Below are positions 61,915 to 64,000 of a DNA stretch of 64,000 nt, piece by piece. The DNA is from Candidatus Berkelbacteria bacterium RIFCSPLOWO2_01_FULL_50_28. GTDB lineage: Bacteria; Patescibacteriota; UBA1384; 2-12-FULL-50-11. Numbering within the stretch: position 1 is the stretch's first letter; each line of letters starts with the position of its first letter. Below the pieces are notes generated by a model, which saw nothing but the letters and a program-made list of their open reading frames with translations, did not search any database and was not told the origin of the DNA. The stretch spans positions 559,062 to 623,061 of the forward strand of contig MEZX01000002.1 of assembly GCA_001774395.1 (NCBI GenBank), written 5' to 3'. A program made the translations under genes and the position numbers.

Positions 61915-64000
61915 TTATAACGAGTTTATGGTCAGTTTTGTGCCAGGAGCTGGCTGCTGGGCAATAATTTCACGGGCGATAACTGTTTCTAGATCGCTCT
62001 GCATCACCCTCTGTAGGGCTCGGGCGCCAAACACCGGATCGTAGCCGCGCCGGGCAAGCTCGTCTACAACCGTCCTTCCCAACTCAAGGTGCAGTCCTTT
62101 TTGTTGCATTAGCCGCGCCTCAAGCATTTTTAGCTGTAACCCAACAACCTGCTTCATCTCTTCCATTGAAAGCGGGGTGTATACGATCACTGCGTCAAAA
62201 CGATTCAAGAATTCTGGCAAGTAAACTCGCTCAGTAATTAGTTTATCGAGCAGTTGCTTCTCGATCGCGGACGTCGCGTTGCCTTTTTCTATCTGACTTT
62301 TAATGAAATCCGAACCGGCGTTTGAAGTGGCAACAACAATGACGTTGGTAAAATCGAGCAGTTTGCCGTAGTTGGTCGTTAGCCGTCCCTCGTCCAGAAG
62401 CTGTAGCAAAACGTTCTTAACTTGGTCGCTAGATTTCTCAATCTCATCCAAGAGCAAGACGGCCGAGGGATGAGATTGAACTGCAACTGTCAGGGCACCC
62501 GGTTGTTTTACCGCATCAACTCCCAACAATTTTTCGAGCCCGTTTTGGTCAGCATACTCGGTCATATCCAGCCGCAAGAGCTGCTCGGCGGAACCGAAGT
62601 ATATTTGAGCGAGGGCTTTGGCAGTTTCAGTCTTCCCCACGCCAGTCGGCCCAAGGAAAAGAAACGAACCGATCGGTTTGGTGCCTGTGGTAAGGCCAGC
62701 TCTAGCGCGCAGTAAGGCATCACCAAGTTTTTTCAACGCCGCCTCCTGCCCCACCACCCGCTCGTGCAGTTTCGCCGTCAGGTTAAGCAGGGTATCTCTT
62801 TCGGCCTCCCCAACTTTAATCGGTACTTTTACTTTTTTCTCCACTACTTCGCGGACGTCGTCTGCGTCGATATAGCCGTGCCCTGCTTTGGAAACCGCAG
62901 CGGCTACCTCTTCGGCTAAATTCAATTCTCGTCGCGGCGAAGCCTGGTCTTTGATATATCGCTGCGATAGTTCAGAAAGTTGTTTCAAGGCCGGAGCGGA
63001 AAACATTACCTGGTAGCGATTCTCCGTCTCAACAATCTGCGACAAGATAATCGAAAAAAGCTCGTCGGCGTTAGGCGGCGGCACTTCAATAGACGTAAAT
63101 TTATCGCGCAACAGGGCGTTAGAACGTACTAACTGGGTATAACTCTCCTGGTTCATTGTTCCAACGAGCTGTACTCGCTTGTCGCTAGCAAAGTTCTCCA
63201 GTAGATTGGCGGCGTCCACCGAACCTAATCCACCCGAAGGATCGAGCAGCAGATCCAGATTTTTCACAAACAGAATGACGTTGCCGGCTCGTACGATATC
63301 TTCAAACAGACGAGAGAATAGCGCCTGAAGTTCGTTGGCGTTGTGGCTTGAAGAGAGTAGATTTTGATCATCCAGAACACGCACCTGCTGCCCATCGAGG
63401 CGAGTCTTAGTTTGGTAGTTCAAAACCCTGCCTGCCACGTGAAGAAAAATCTCTTGCTTCCCTGAGCCCGGCTCGCCAACAAGTAGAACGTTGTGGCCGT
63501 TGGCTTTATTCAAAGTTAGAATTGTTTGGGCAACCACTTCTTCACGAGAGTAGATCGGATAAAAGTCGTTGCGGTACGCAATGCTCGCATGTAGTGGGTA
63601 GGCTAAGCTGTCGAGCAGTGTGGTGTAGGCGATCGACCACGAGGCGGCGAACCCGCCACTGCGGCTGCGATCGGCCAGACGCGCCGTTTTGGAGCGGTTT
63701 GTCTGTTGGTAACGATGGCGATAGAACTCCAGCAAACTAGCCAGGCTTTTCTCATCAATCTGTTGGTGGGTTAATAGCTCCTTAACCCCCTTAACTTCAA
63801 ACAAAACCTGAGCCAGGTCGAACGCCGAAGCCAAAGTTTTTTGTTTGGTAAACGTCTCTGCTCCTATTTTGGATACGGTGCTACTGATAAATTCCTCGAT
63901 ATTTTCATTGCCCGTTGGCAACTGCCTTACAGTTTCATCACTTAGTCCTAATCGATAAAATACCATTCCTAATTGGCGGCTTTTTACCGCCGAGAGCATG
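61915..64000 (-). CDS. Clp-family (ClpB/ClpC-like) double AAA+ ATPase, probably truncated at the right window edge
   Basis: Two NBDs. NBD1 has an atypical Walker A (GEPGSGKQE) and Walker B (ILFVKNLDLL, no DE). NBD2 is canonical (GPTGVGKTE; LLLDEIEK; sensor/arginine finger). The first ATG is at 63999, so the N-terminus may lie outside the window. Confidence 0.8.
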   Translation of the reverse strand, partial: MLSAVKSRQLGMVFYRLGLSDETVRQLPTGNENIEEFISSTVSKIGAETFTKQKTLASAFDLAQVLFEVKGVKELLTHQQIDEKSLASLLEFYRHRYQQTNRSKTARLADRSRSGGFAASWSIAYTTLLDSLAYPLHASIAYRNDFYPIYSREEVVAQTILTLNKANGHNVLLVGEPGSGKQEIFLHVAGRVLNYQTKTRLDGQQVRVLDDQNLLSSSHNANELQALFSRLFEDIVRAGNVILFVKNLDLLLDPSGGLGSVDAANLLENFASDKRVQLVGTMNQESYTQLVRSNALLRDKFTSIEVPPPNADELFSIILSQIVETENRYQVMFSAPALKQLSELSQRYIKDQASPRRELNLAEEVAAAVSKAGHGYIDADDVREVVEKKVKVPIKVGEAERDTLLNLTAKLHERVVGQEAALKKLGDALLRARAGLTTGTKPIGSFLFLGPTGVGKTETAKALAQIYFGSAEQLLRLDMTEYADQNGLEKLLGVDAVKQPGALTVAVQSHPSAVLLLDEIEKSSDQVKNVLLQLLDEGRLTTNYGKLLDFTNVIVVATSNAGSDFIKSQIEKGNATSAIEKQLLDKLITERVYLPEFLNRFDAVIVYTPLSMEEMKQVVGLQLKMLEARLMQQKGLHLELGRTVVDELARRGYDPVFGARALQRVMQSDLETVIAREIIAQQPAPGTKLTINSL

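Overview
This 64-kb window looks like a compact, gene-dense bacterial chromosome segment of about 45-50% GC. The short RpoB (1102 aa), RpoC (1262 aa) and IF-2 (572 aa), the split transketolase and the sparse biosynthetic content suggest a reduced-genome lineage such as Patescibacteria/CPR. That assignment is inference only.

The backbone on the minus strand is the str operon (rpsL, rpsG, fusA, tuf) with a 5' fragment of rpsJ at the left edge, followed by rpoB-rpoC and obg. Next comes an operon of three membrane or secreted proteins. The two large ones share a paralogous C-terminal domain, and all three carry an N-terminal NP(E/I) motif ahead of the hydrophobic segment.

Further along are a YbbR-domain (CdaR-like) protein, a signal-peptide-peptidase/presenilin-type intramembrane aspartyl protease, infB, gyrB-gyrA, and a GT4 glycosyltransferase. 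A REP-associated tyrosine transposase (RAYT, IS200-like Y1 HuH) sits between REP hairpins, followed by uvrB, uvrA and uvrC.

A GC-richer patch holds a divergent Prs-like phosphoribosyltransferase, nfo, sodA-like, a cysteine desulfurase and an OPRT-like PRTase. A central-carbon cluster follows: gap, fba, split tkt, rpe, rpiB and a D-2-hydroxyacid dehydrogenase. tRNA-Gly(CCC) and tRNA-Thr(CGU) are present, along with gpt, a SAM-dependent methyltransferase, an ABC-2 exporter pair, two NUDIX proteins, rplY(ctc), trmD, a KH protein and a partial Clp-family AAA+ ATPase.

Non-coding structure that the gene list does not explain:
- A roughly 130-210 bp GC-rich element present twice in inverted orientation, about 90% identical, upstream of tuf and upstream of tRNA-Thr.
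- A promoter, SD, 50-aa hydrophobic peptide and terminator cassette inserted antisense in the fusA-tuf spacer.
- A uORF that mimics the UvrA N-terminus and overlaps the uvrA start codon (ATGA).
- Tandem degenerate copies of the tRNA-Gly 3' end.
- A higher-order tandem repeat array of about 125 bp x 2.4 with five copies of a 21-bp core.
- Shared AT-rich intergenic motifs.
- Several strong hairpins and terminators.
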